A stretch of 59,408 nt of DNA, counting the filler. It is 4 parts of 4 records of this genome, joined end to end, with 100 filler letters (N's around TTAATTAATTAA, not from the genome) between each part and the next. Parts side by side here need not be neighbours in the genome. Positions count along the whole stretch, not along the records: positions 1 to 27,193 come from SRR31156797_1642; positions 27,294 to 33,637 come from SRR31156797_1666; 2 more parts are not named here. One strand, written 5' to 3'. Shown here piece by piece: positions 21,059 to 29,943 of this stretch. The position numbers were made by a program, and so were the translations under genes. Position 1 is the first letter of the stretch; each line of letters begins with the position of its first letter. Under the pieces are notes generated by a model that was given only the letters and a program-made list of their open reading frames with translations, was not told the origin of the DNA and searched no databases.

Positions 21059-24000
21059 ATGTCGAAAACCAGACAACCAGATTACTTGTTTGAGACAAGT
21101 TGGGAAATTTGTAATAAAATAGGTGGAATACATACAGTTATTGCCACGAAAGTACAAAGCTTACAGAAAATCTTTGGCGATCATATAATTATGGTCGGTC
21201 CCGATACAATGCAGAATATAGAAGGAAATCTAGAATTTGAGGAAGATAAATCATTGTTTCCGCAGTGGCTGTCACTTGCCCATCAAGATGGACTAAGGGT
21301 AAGAACCGGGCGTTGGAAAATTGAAGGAAATCCTATTGCTATTCTGGTAGATTTTACTCCGATGGTTGGTAAGAAAAATGAGATACTTGCTGAGTTATGG
21401 GAAGAGTATCATGTAGATTCAATTGCAGGTCAATGGGATTATTTGGAGCCACTTCTTTTTGGATATGCTGCCGGTAAAGTAATTGAACATTTTTCAGAAT
21501 ACCAATTATCAAGCAGACATTCAATTGTAGCTCATTTTCATGAGTGGATGACTGGTAGCGGAGTGCTTTATCTGAAAAAGCATGCGCCATGGGTGTCTAC
21601 AGCTTTTACCACACACGCTACAACTATTGGTCGATCAATGTGTGGAAACGGTGTCCCATTATATAAAAATTTAGAAAGTCATAATGTAGAAAAATTTGTC
21701 AATGACTTTCAAATGACAGCAAAATACTCATTGGAGAAGCAATCGGCTAAAAATGCTGATGTGTTTACTACTGTAAGTGAAATAACGGCTGAAGAATGTA
21801 AATACTTACTTCAGGAAGAAGTTGATTTTGTAACGCCCAATGGCTTTGATATGAGGATTGTGCCTGAGAAGGCCCAGTTCAAATTGAAGAGGGAAGCTGC
21901 ACGTACTAAATTATTTGAAGTACTTGAGAAATTGTACGGCAAAAAAATCCAAAATGATGCGCTGGTTGTGTTAACCAGTGGAAGATATGAATGGAAGAAT
22001 AAAGGGATTGACGTATTCATTAAAGCTTTCAGTAAATTAGTAAATGATAATCCGGGAAGAGATATTATACCGCTGTTTTTAATTCCATCGGGGCATGGAG
22101 GAGTTAGGAATGAGTTATTAAACGCGTTGCAAGAAAATAAAAATGAAGGTCTCAAACAACCATTTTTAACGCATGTGTTGCATAACCGCGATCACGATCC
22201 AATTGTGAATGAGCTCTGTGCATTGAAATTACATGAAAAAGGAAGTGTTTATCCATTATTTGTACCTTGCTATTTGAATGGGGCTGATGGATTATTTAAC
22301 CTGGGCTATTACGATATGCTTACCGGTGCTGATTTGGGGGTATTTGCCTCATATTATGAGCCTTGGGGTTATACGCCACTTGAATCTATGGCATATAGCG
22401 TTCCAGCAATTACAACAAGTTTAGCAGGTTATGGCCGTTGGATTGATAAACCTGATTTGACAATTGATAAAGGAGCAAGTGTAATTCCTCGTTCAGATGA
22501 TAATGATAATGAGGTAATTGATGCTATTGTTGCAGATATTTCTGCCTATTTAAAATTAGATGAAAAAGAGGTCGAAGCAGCCAGAGATAAAGCAGCTGAA
22601 ATTGCCAGAGGAGCCCTATGGGAAAATCTGATTGAGAAATACGAGGAAAGCTATGCACTGGCACTTGAAAAATCATCTGACCGACATCGTAAACCAAGAC
22701 CAAGAATAGAAATTGAGAGACCTCAATTATATAGCGATAAAATTAATAATGAGCCGGGTTGGAAAAAAATGGTTATTCAGAGCTCCATACCAGAAGAGTT
22801 AAGCGCATTGAATGACATTTCTCAAAATTTATGGTGGACATGGAATTTCGAGGCTACGCAGCTTTTTAAATCGATGGATGAGGAATTGTGGTATGAAAAT
22901 GATAAAAACCCAATTGCCTTGTTGAATAAAATTTCAAAAGATCGACTTACATCGCTAGTGGCTGATAAAGAATTTATGAATTCTTTTGAGAAGGTAAAAA
23001 ATGCTTTTAATGAATACATGGCTGAAAAATCTGATGAATCACACACCATTGCATATTTTAGTATGGAGTATGGTTTTCATGATAATATTAAGATTTACTC
23101 GGGTGGTTTAGGAATTTTAGCCGGAGATTACCTGAAAGAAGCTTCAGATAATGCTGTAAATCTAATATCAGTCGGATTCTTATACAGATATGGATATTTT
23201 AAACAACAACTTACGCTTAGTGGAGAACAACAAGCTATTCGTGAACCTCATAATTTTAATGATTTACCTGTAACACCATTAAAAGATGAATTTGGTAATC
23301 CTGTGATGGTGAAAATTAATCTTCCGGGTCGATCAGTTTATTTGAAAGTATGGATTCTCATGGTTGGCCGTAATCCATTGTATTTGCTTGATGCCGATAT
23401 TGATTTCAATAATTATGAAGATCGACAAATTACCCATCAATTATATGGTGGAGACTGGGAAAATCGGTTGAAACAGGAGATTGCGCTTGGATTTGGGGGA
23501 ATTCGCCTGTTGAAACACTTAGGTTATAAAATTGATACTTTCCATTTAAATGAAGGACATGCCGCATTTATCAATATTGAGCGGATTGCCAATTTGGTTG
23601 AAGAAGAGAAGCTTTCTTTTGATGAGGCACTTGAAGTTGTGCGTAATACTTCATTGTTTACAACGCATACACCTGTACCGGCTGGTCACGATGTATTTAA
23701 AGAAGACCTCCTTCGTATGTACATGAGACATGTGCCTGAACGATTAGGTATTTCGTGGGAAGACTTAATGCAAATCGGTCGTATGAATCCTGTTGATTAC
23801 AATGAACCGTTTTCAATGAGCGTGCTGGCAGCTAATACCTGCAAGGAAATGAACGGTGTGTCTGATTTGCACGGAATTGTATCACGTGAAATGTTCCAGA
23901 GATTGTACAAAGGGTATTTTGCCAATGAATCGCATATTGGTCATGTAACCAATGGTGTACACTATCCAACCTGGACTGCCAAAGAGTGGAAAAAGTTACA

Positions 24001-25282
24001 TAACGATTATTTTGCACCTGATTTCTATAAACACGTGGACAAACGTGAATTATGGAAGAAAATATACGATGTGCCGAATAAAGAAATTTGGAGTATTAGA
24101 CAATTATTGCGTCAGAAGCTAATTGATTATATCAAAGAGCGTTTTGAAGATAACTTTGAAAAACGGAATGATAATCCAAGACGTATTTTGCAAGTATTAG
24201 AAACCATAAACCCCAATACTTTGACTATTGGTTTTGCAAGACGTTTTGCTACTTATAAGCGAGCACATTTGTTGTTTACAGATACTGAGCGTTTGAGTGA
24301 AATTGTAAATAATCCTGAAATGCCGGTACAGTTCGTATTTGCCGGTAAGGCGCACCCTGCCGATAAAGCCGGGCAAGATTTGATTAAGCATATTATCGAG
24401 ATATCTCAACGCCCAGAGTTTTTAGGAAAGATCATATTTATTGAAAACTATGATATACAATTGGCCAAACGATTAGTGAAAGGTGTGGATATATGGCTAA
24501 ATACACCTACCAGACCATTAGAAGCTTCCGGAACCAGTGGTGAGAAAGCAACCATGAATGGTGTGCTAAACTTCAGTGTGTTAGACGGTTGGTGGCGAGA
24601 AGGATATAGGCCCGGAGCCGGTTGGGCATTACAAGAAGAGCGTGTGTATGAAAATCAGCAATTCCAGGATGAGCTAGATGCTGTGAATATTTATTCTATG
24701 CTTGAGAATGAGATCGTTCCGTTGTTTTATAAGCGTGACGAAGATGAATTGCCCAATGATTGGATTGAGTATATCAAAAATAATATTGCACAGGTAGCAC
24801 CGGAGTTCACCACACATCGAATGTTGCATGATTATATCCGGAATTTCTATGAGCCATTGAAAGAGCATGGCAAAGAGATTTTAAAAGGTAATTATGCCAA
24901 GGCCACTGATATTGCCATTTGGAAGCAACATATTTACGATGCATGGGAAGAAATTGAAGTGGTGAATGTTGATTTCCCTGATACCTTAAAACATGATTAT
25001 CGATCAGGTAATAAGTATCATGGTGAAGTAGTATTAGCTCTTAAAAGATTAAAACCGGAAGAAGTTGGAATTGACCTGGTTTTAGCTTCTGACAATCATA
25101 AGATGGTAAACGCTGAGGAGGTTTACGAGCTGAAATATGAGAAAACTGCGGATAATTTATATTTCTACTCAATTGATATTGAGTTAGAGGATCCAGGTAT
25201 GTTTGAGTATGGATTACGTTTGTATCCGAAAAGCGATTTATTGAAATACAAAACAGAATTAAACCTTGTGAGGTGGATATAG
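21059..25282 (+). CDS. Fused GT3 glycogen synthase and GT35 alpha-glucan phosphorylase
   Basis: N-half: FETSWEICNKIGGIHTV, HFHEWMTG, FTTHAT, GRYEWKNKG, SYYEPWGYTPLE. C-half: AYFSMEYG, YSGGLGILAGD, HLNEGH, FTTHTPVPAGHD, FARRFATYKR, PLP motif EASGTSGEK. One uninterrupted ORF. Confidence 0.93.
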   Translation: MSKTRQPDYLFETSWEICNKIGGIHTVIATKVQSLQKIFGDHIIMVGPDTMQNIEGNLEFEEDKSLFPQWLSLAHQDGLRVRTGRWKIEGNPIAILVDFTPMVGKKNEILAELWEEYHVDSIAGQWDYLEPLLFGYAAGKVIEHFSEYQLSSRHSIVAHFHEWMTGSGVLYLKKHAPWVSTAFTTHATTIGRSMCGNGVPLYKNLESHNVEKFVNDFQMTAKYSLEKQSAKNADVFTTVSEITAEECKYLLQEEVDFVTPNGFDMRIVPEKAQFKLKREAARTKLFEVLEKLYGKKIQNDALVVLTSGRYEWKNKGIDVFIKAFSKLVNDNPGRDIIPLFLIPSGHGGVRNELLNALQENKNEGLKQPFLTHVLHNRDHDPIVNELCALKLHEKGSVYPLFVPCYLNGADGLFNLGYYDMLTGADLGVFASYYEPWGYTPLESMAYSVPAITTSLAGYGRWIDKPDLTIDKGASVIPRSDDNDNEVIDAIVADISAYLKLDEKEVEAARDKAAEIARGALWENLIEKYEESYALALEKSSDRHRKPRPRIEIERPQLYSDKINNEPGWKKMVIQSSIPEELSALNDISQNLWWTWNFEATQLFKSMDEELWYENDKNPIALLNKISKDRLTSLVADKEFMNSFEKVKNAFNEYMAEKSDESHTIAYFSMEYGFHDNIKIYSGGLGILAGDYLKEASDNAVNLISVGFLYRYGYFKQQLTLSGEQQAIREPHNFNDLPVTPLKDEFGNPVMVKINLPGRSVYLKVWILMVGRNPLYLLDADIDFNNYEDRQITHQLYGGDWENRLKQEIALGFGGIRLLKHLGYKIDTFHLNEGHAAFINIERIANLVEEEKLSFDEALEVVRNTSLFTTHTPVPAGHDVFKEDLLRMYMRHVPERLGISWEDLMQIGRMNPVDYNEPFSMSVLAANTCKEMNGVSDLHGIVSREMFQRLYKGYFANESHIGHVTNGVHYPTWTAKEWKKLHNDYFAPDFYKHVDKRELWKKIYDVPNKEIWSIRQLLRQKLIDYIKERFEDNFEKRNDNPRRILQVLETINPNTLTIGFARRFATYKRAHLLFTDTERLSEIVNNPEMPVQFVFAGKAHPADKAGQDLIKHIIEISQRPEFLGKIIFIENYDIQLAKRLVKGVDIWLNTPTRPLEASGTSGEKATMNGVLNFSVLDGWWREGYRPGAGWALQEERVYENQQFQDELDAVNIYSMLENEIVPLFYKRDEDELPNDWIEYIKNNIAQVAPEFTTHRMLHDYIRNFYEPLKEHGKEILKGNYAKATDIAIWKQHIYDAWEEIEVVNVDFPDTLKHDYRSGNKYHGEVVLALKRLKPEEVGIDLVLASDNHKMVNAEEVYELKYEKTADNLYFYSIDIELEDPGMFEYGLRLYPKSDLLKYKTELNLVRWI

Positions 25283-25354
25283 GCAGGTAATAGCTTCGCA
25301 ATAAGTATGTGATTGTATGACTTTCTTTAAGCCGATTATGGTAAAGAATTAAGA

Positions 25355-25416
25355 AGGCAGAAAACAGAAGACAGAAATATATAAATCTGTCTTCTGACCT
25401 CTGTCTTCTGTTTTTT
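25355..25416. terminator. Bidirectional terminator built from 7-nt repeat units
   Basis: AAAACAGAAGACAGA (25361-25375) is the perfect reverse complement of TCTGTCTTCTGTTTT (25400-25414). It lies between convergent genes. Confidence 0.7.
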
Positions 25417-26400
25417 TTATTTAACAGGTACGCACAATTTCGTCATCCATTTTGAAGTATCCGGTTCCATATTTGGACTGGTGAGATATACTTCGTAAGG
25501 TGAACCGTTTTGTTCTAATTCCATTTTCTGGACAGTTTGCATTAGAGTTCCCCATGCCTGAGGCGATTTATCATAGGCACCGTTATGCATTAATGTAGCT
25601 ATTTTACCGGCATATGTACTACTTATTTTAATTTCATCGTTTCCTTTAATTTCTTTCGAAATAGGGAAACCTACCTCCATATCACTTTCTTCCTGAGACC
25701 AAGAATGCCATATAGTTATAGGCGGCGCAATAGGAGCAATTTGGTTTTTGCCCAAATAAGTGCCCAGTTTAGTAAATATTATGGCCATGTTATTAGCAAT
25801 ATCTTCAGTTGAGCTTGTCATTCTTATGCTGAGTAATGGTACTGATTCAACCTCTTCGATAGTTACGGTAGGTGTTTTGGGTGCCAATGCAGATATGCTA
25901 TCAAGCTTTGATAATCCTTTTTCATAACTCTGCTTAATCATGGGTTTAATGAATAGTACGCTAAACCATCTCCCCAATGGATAAGGGGCATCAGATTCAA
26001 AATCCCAGGTTACTTTGGTACCTTCATCCATATCTTCAAATAAAAAATTAGCTTTGGCTGTTCCTTGTTCACCAAAATCCAGTTCAGTTTTGATTATTGA
26101 ATAAGGATTGCTTTCTGAAATAACCTGCTTTCCTGATCCACCCATTTCATCTTTCCATGACATGGTAGCACCTTTTCCTTCAGATATTTCACCGAATTTT
26201 ACTTCACTCACACCTTCCCATGGACTCCATTTACTATTGGCTTTTAAATTGTTCACATAATCGAAAATCACTTTCTTATCAGCTTTCATTTCTTTTGTGA
26301 CAGTAACTTCAATCTTTGATGGCATAAAAGCTGCACCAATGAGAATAATGGCTGCCAAAACAATGACAATCCATAGTAGAACTTTTAAAAATTTCTTCAT
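25417..26400 (-). CDS. Membrane-anchored SRPBCC and GyrI-like small-molecule-binding protein
   Basis: N-terminal TM, WSPW..GKGATMSW..GTKVTW (SRPBCC), HNGAYD..GSPYEVYLTSP..TKLCVPV (GyrI-like). Confidence 0.85.
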   Translation of the reverse strand: MKKFLKVLLWIVIVLAAIILIGAAFMPSKIEVTVTKEMKADKKVIFDYVNNLKANSKWSPWEGVSEVKFGEISEGKGATMSWKDEMGGSGKQVISESNPYSIIKTELDFGEQGTAKANFLFEDMDEGTKVTWDFESDAPYPLGRWFSVLFIKPMIKQSYEKGLSKLDSISALAPKTPTVTIEEVESVPLLSIRMTSSTEDIANNMAIIFTKLGTYLGKNQIAPIAPPITIWHSWSQEESDMEVGFPISKEIKGNDEIKISSTYAGKIATLMHNGAYDKSPQAWGTLMQTVQKMELEQNGSPYEVYLTSPNMEPDTSKWMTKLCVPVK

Positions 26401-26547
26401 GGCAAATTTTTTTAATGATTAATTGCGTATCCATAATTTCTTATTTGGAAAAGATACAAATAAAGGAATGGAAAATGAAAATTTATTTAATTCATCAAGT
26501 TGTTATTTTCCTTAAACTTTTTTCCTTTTCGTTGGTCTTAAACAATT

Positions 26548-27159
26548 ATGAAGGAATTTTGGGACCAACGATACAGTAATGCCAATTATGCTTATGGGGA
26601 AGAGCCCAATAGCTGGTTTAAATCAAGGATGGATGGGATGAAACCCGGTAAAATTTTGCTTCCCGGTGATGGTGAAGGCCGTAATGGCGTATATGCTGCC
26701 CGTCTTGGGTGGGAAGTACATTCATTCGATTTAAGTTTTGAAGGAAAAGAGAAAGCTCAAAAGCTCGCAGAAAAATACAAAGTTGAAATAGACTACAAAG
26801 TTGGTGAATTAACTCAACTGGATTTTGAAATTGAATCATACGATGCAATAAGCCTGGTTTTTACCCATTTTGCACCCGGTTTACGAGCTAAATATCACAG
26901 ATTGCTGGGAACCTATTTGAAACCAGGTGGTCGCTTTATTATTGAAGGCTTCAGTAAAGAACAATTGTCCAGGGTCTCTGAAAATGATTCGGGCGGTGGA
27001 CCTAAAAATCTGGAAATGCTTTACTCTGTTGAAGAAATTCAAAGCGATTTTTCTGATTACGACATTAAGGAATTACATGAAAAAGTTATCCATTTGGATG
27101 AGGGAGCGTTTCATAATGGGATGAGTTCTGTTATACGTTTCGACGGCCGAAAAACCTAG
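26548..27159 (+). CDS. Class I SAM-dependent methyltransferase (TehB-like)
   Basis: FWDQRY..YAYGEEPN, SAM motif LLPGDGEGRN, LKPGG. Confidence 0.88.
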   Translation: MKEFWDQRYSNANYAYGEEPNSWFKSRMDGMKPGKILLPGDGEGRNGVYAARLGWEVHSFDLSFEGKEKAQKLAEKYKVEIDYKVGELTQLDFEIESYDAISLVFTHFAPGLRAKYHRLLGTYLKPGGRFIIEGFSKEQLSRVSENDSGGGPKNLEMLYSVEEIQSDFSDYDIKELHEKVIHLDEGAFHNGMSSVIRFDGRKT

Positions 27160-27161
27160 TT

Positions 27162-27186
27162 TTAATTAGACGCAGATTAGACTGAT
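27162..27186. repeat. Second copy (one arm) of the 6103-6164 element, at the contig end
   Basis: TTAATTAGACGCAGATT matches the reverse complement of 6113-6129 at 16 of 17 positions. Confidence 0.5.
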
Positions 27187-27193
27187 AATATTT

Positions 27194-27293
27194 NNNNNNN
27201 NNNNNNNNNNNNNNNNNNNNNNNNNNNNNNNNNNNNNTTAATTAATTAANNNNNNNNNNNNNNNNNNNNNNNNNNNNNNNNNNNNNNNNNNNN
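27194..27293. other. Artificial contig linker
   Basis: N44-TTAATTAATTAA-N44, with stops in all six frames; composition and gene content change across it. Confidence 0.97.
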
Positions 27294-27890
27294 ATAGTTG
27301 GTAAAGTAACAAATCTTAAGCAGTTTGCCTGAAACCGCGTAGAATTCTCCTTTGAGGGGGTAAAAAGTCTCTTTCATCACCCAAATCCGCACCTTATGAT
27401 ACGTCACTTTTTCATTTTTCGCTGTCAGATCAAGAACATAAAATGCTTTTTCTTTAATTGTTACCTCTTCTGTTAAGACCGGGTCATAGTCACCTGAAAA
27501 ATTTGCCCTTGCAATATCACCATTGGCAGCCTCGCCAAAAAGCCTCTGCTGCAAAGAAATTCTAAGGGGTTTGGAAATATTCTGAAGAAATACCCATAAG
27601 TCATACCTGAGCATTAACAGAGAAGTCCCTCTGTCCATTTCAGGTTCCAGGGTTTTAATGATGGTTTTATCCTGCCCTTTCATTAAAATTTCATAGGCCG
27701 CTGTTTTATCCTTTTTCCCGGGTTTTTTGCTGACCAACTTTGCGGTGACCTTGTAGTCGGATTGAGGATTTCGCACGGCATCCATATTCTGCAGTATTTT
27801 TTCCGCCGTCAGTGCGTTTGCTGATGCAACCGTAGAATAAATAAAAAATCCAGCCATTGCAATCGCCATAAATCTGAAAAAAAAATTCAT
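27294..27890 (-). CDS. Outer-membrane lipoprotein-sorting (LolA-like) protein, 3'-truncated
   Basis: Signal peptide ending ASANA, PEMDRGTSLLM, PLRISLQQRLFGEAANGDIARANF, FYAVSGKLLK. Confidence 0.8.
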
Positions 27891-27902
27891 TGAAAAAATT
27901 CC

Positions 27903-29153
27903 TTAATAATGTCTCAATGCATCTGTAATATTGAGGTTAGAGGCTTTAAACGCAGGATAAAAAGATGAAATTAAAGCTGCTGTAACTGAGATCATCATTG
28001 AGGAGACCAGAAGCTTTGGGACGACCTTGATAAATGCAACCCAACCTACTGTAGCACCGGGTGGCGGCGGCATTGGGATGCCGATAAATGAGATCCCCCA
28101 AGCCAGACCGGCACCCATTGCAATACCTGCAATACCGCCTAAAAATCCTAGAATCAGTCCTTCGGTTAGAAAGAGTTTTAATATATCTGTCTTTTTGTAC
28201 CCCATTGCCATTATTGTTCCGATCTCACGGGTCCGCTCCCAAATCGCCATGTTGATGGTGTTAAAAATACTTAAAACCACAATAATGGTTATAATCAACT
28301 TTAAAACGAAAAACTGCCTGCCATACAATTCAACAGTTTTATTATAGAAATCGGCCAGCTGGTTCCAGACCTTTATTTCAAGCCTCATACCTTTAATTGT
28401 TTTCAGGACCTGTTTTTTGACTGCCTGTGTATTTTCGGTTCGGTCAAGGAGAACAACAAGGGTCTGAATGCCCTGTGTCCTGATAAGTTTTTGGGCAATA
28501 TGCATGGGTAACCGCAGCGCCCTGTCATCAAATTCCTTTGACGGTGTGAAAAAAATACCCTTCACATTCAGGTCAAAGGCGTTTAAAGATCCGCCGACGG
28601 TATTGGTCAAAAGTACCAACGAATCTCCGGGCTTAGCCCCGATATTTTTTGCCAGTCCCCGGCCGAGTATGATTTCAAACTCATCCCCTTTTACAAGGTT
28701 GGCACCGGCCTGAATGGCAAGTCCCGTATCGGCACTTTTGATCGTATCAATCTTATTTAAAAGCAACTCTCCCTGCGGATCTATCCCCTGGCAGAAAACG
28801 GCAACGGTATTGTCCCCGGTGCTGATCATACCTGAAAATGAAATTCTGGGGGTAACCAGCTTAACATGTTCCAGAGCAGTAAGTTTGCCTGTAATTTCTT
28901 CTGGGGCTTCAATCAAATAATCAAAAGGCGCTGAAGAGCCATGGTCATTATACCCTTTCTTATAGATCTGAATGTGCCCAAGATGGCTGTGGATAACGCC
29001 TTCCCTCATCTGCATAAAGGTATCCTCAAAAAAACCGCCGGCAATAATGATGGAGACTGAGCCGAATGCTATAGCGGCAAGGGTAATCAGGCTTCTGATT
29101 TTATTTCTGAATACATTCTTCAATGCTAATTTTAAACTTATAGGTAGTTTCAT
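27903..29153 (-). CDS. ABC transporter permease, LolE/MacB/FtsX family
   Basis: LALKNVFRNKIRSLIT, GHIQI, large periplasmic loop, NTINMAIWERTREIGTIMAMG, C-terminal YPAFKASNL..DAL. Confidence 0.9.
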   Translation of the reverse strand: MKLPISLKLALKNVFRNKIRSLITLAAIAFGSVSIIIAGGFFEDTFMQMREGVIHSHLGHIQIYKKGYNDHGSSAPFDYLIEAPEEITGKLTALEHVKLVTPRISFSGMISTGDNTVAVFCQGIDPQGELLLNKIDTIKSADTGLAIQAGANLVKGDEFEIILGRGLAKNIGAKPGDSLVLLTNTVGGSLNAFDLNVKGIFFTPSKEFDDRALRLPMHIAQKLIRTQGIQTLVVLLDRTENTQAVKKQVLKTIKGMRLEIKVWNQLADFYNKTVELYGRQFFVLKLIITIIVVLSIFNTINMAIWERTREIGTIMAMGYKKTDILKLFLTEGLILGFLGGIAGIAMGAGLAWGISFIGIPMPPPPGATVGWVAFIKVVPKLLVSSMMISVTAALISSFYPAFKASNLNITDALRHY

Positions 29154-29914
29154 TTAATTAGACTCCCTGCGCTGGTTTCCTGTTCTTCTTTCCTCCCCTT
29201 GATAAGATCCGTTTTCGATGCCGATCCGCCTGTCAAATGGCTGTATTTTGAAATTTTCCCGTCACGGATGTTGATAATTCTTGAAGCCATACCCATGACT
29301 TTGGGGTCGTGGGTGGAAAAAACAAAGAGGGTCTTTTTTTCTTCATTAATCTGTTTCATAATTTCAAGAATTTTTTCGCCTGTTTTAATATCAAGATTGG
29401 CCGTGGGTTCGTCGGCAAGGATGATTTTGGGATTTGTTACCAATGCTCTGGCAATGGCCACCCGTTGCCGCTGACCGCCGCTGAGTTCATCGGGCCGATG
29501 TTTGATATGCTTGTCAAGCCCAACACTATGCAGGGCGTGTAGAATTCTATCCCGTCGCTTAGCCGGATTTTTTTCGCTCATGAGAAGTGGATATTCCACA
29601 TTCTCATAAGCAGACAGCACCGGGATAAGATTAAAAGTTTGAAAAATAAAGCTTAGTTTTCTGGCCCTGATATCAGCCAGTTGGTTTGAATTCATCCGGC
29701 TTACATCCTGACCGTCAATTTCGATATATCCTTTATCGGCTTTATCAATACATCCAATCAGGTTCAACAAGGTGGTTTTACCGCTTCCAGAGGGACCTGC
29801 AATGGCCAAAAATTCTCCTTTGTCAACGCTAATACTGACATCATCTAACGCCGTTACCTTTACCTTACCGAGTTGAAAAATTTTTGTTACATTTTTTACC
29901 TTTATAATATTCAT
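29150..29914 (-). CDS. ABC transporter ATP-binding protein, LolD-like
   Basis: GPSGSGKT, FIFQTFNLI, LSGGQRQR, ILADEPTANLD, STHD; 4-nt overlap with the permease. Confidence 0.93.
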   Translation of the reverse strand: MNIIKVKNVTKIFQLGKVKVTALDDVSISVDKGEFLAIAGPSGSGKTTLLNLIGCIDKADKGYIEIDGQDVSRMNSNQLADIRARKLSFIFQTFNLIPVLSAYENVEYPLLMSEKNPAKRRDRILHALHSVGLDKHIKHRPDELSGGQRQRVAIARALVTNPKIILADEPTANLDIKTGEKILEIMKQINEEKKTLFVFSTHDPKVMGMASRIINIRDGKISKYSHLTGGSASKTDLIKGRKEEQETSAGSLIK

Positions 29915-29943
29915 AGCTATTCACCGGATAATTTATGGGTAAA

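Noticed and set aside
27238-27249. TTAATTAATTAA palindrome, repeated at 33682 and 48590
   Set aside because: Synthetic six-frame-stop spacer inside N runs, not biological.
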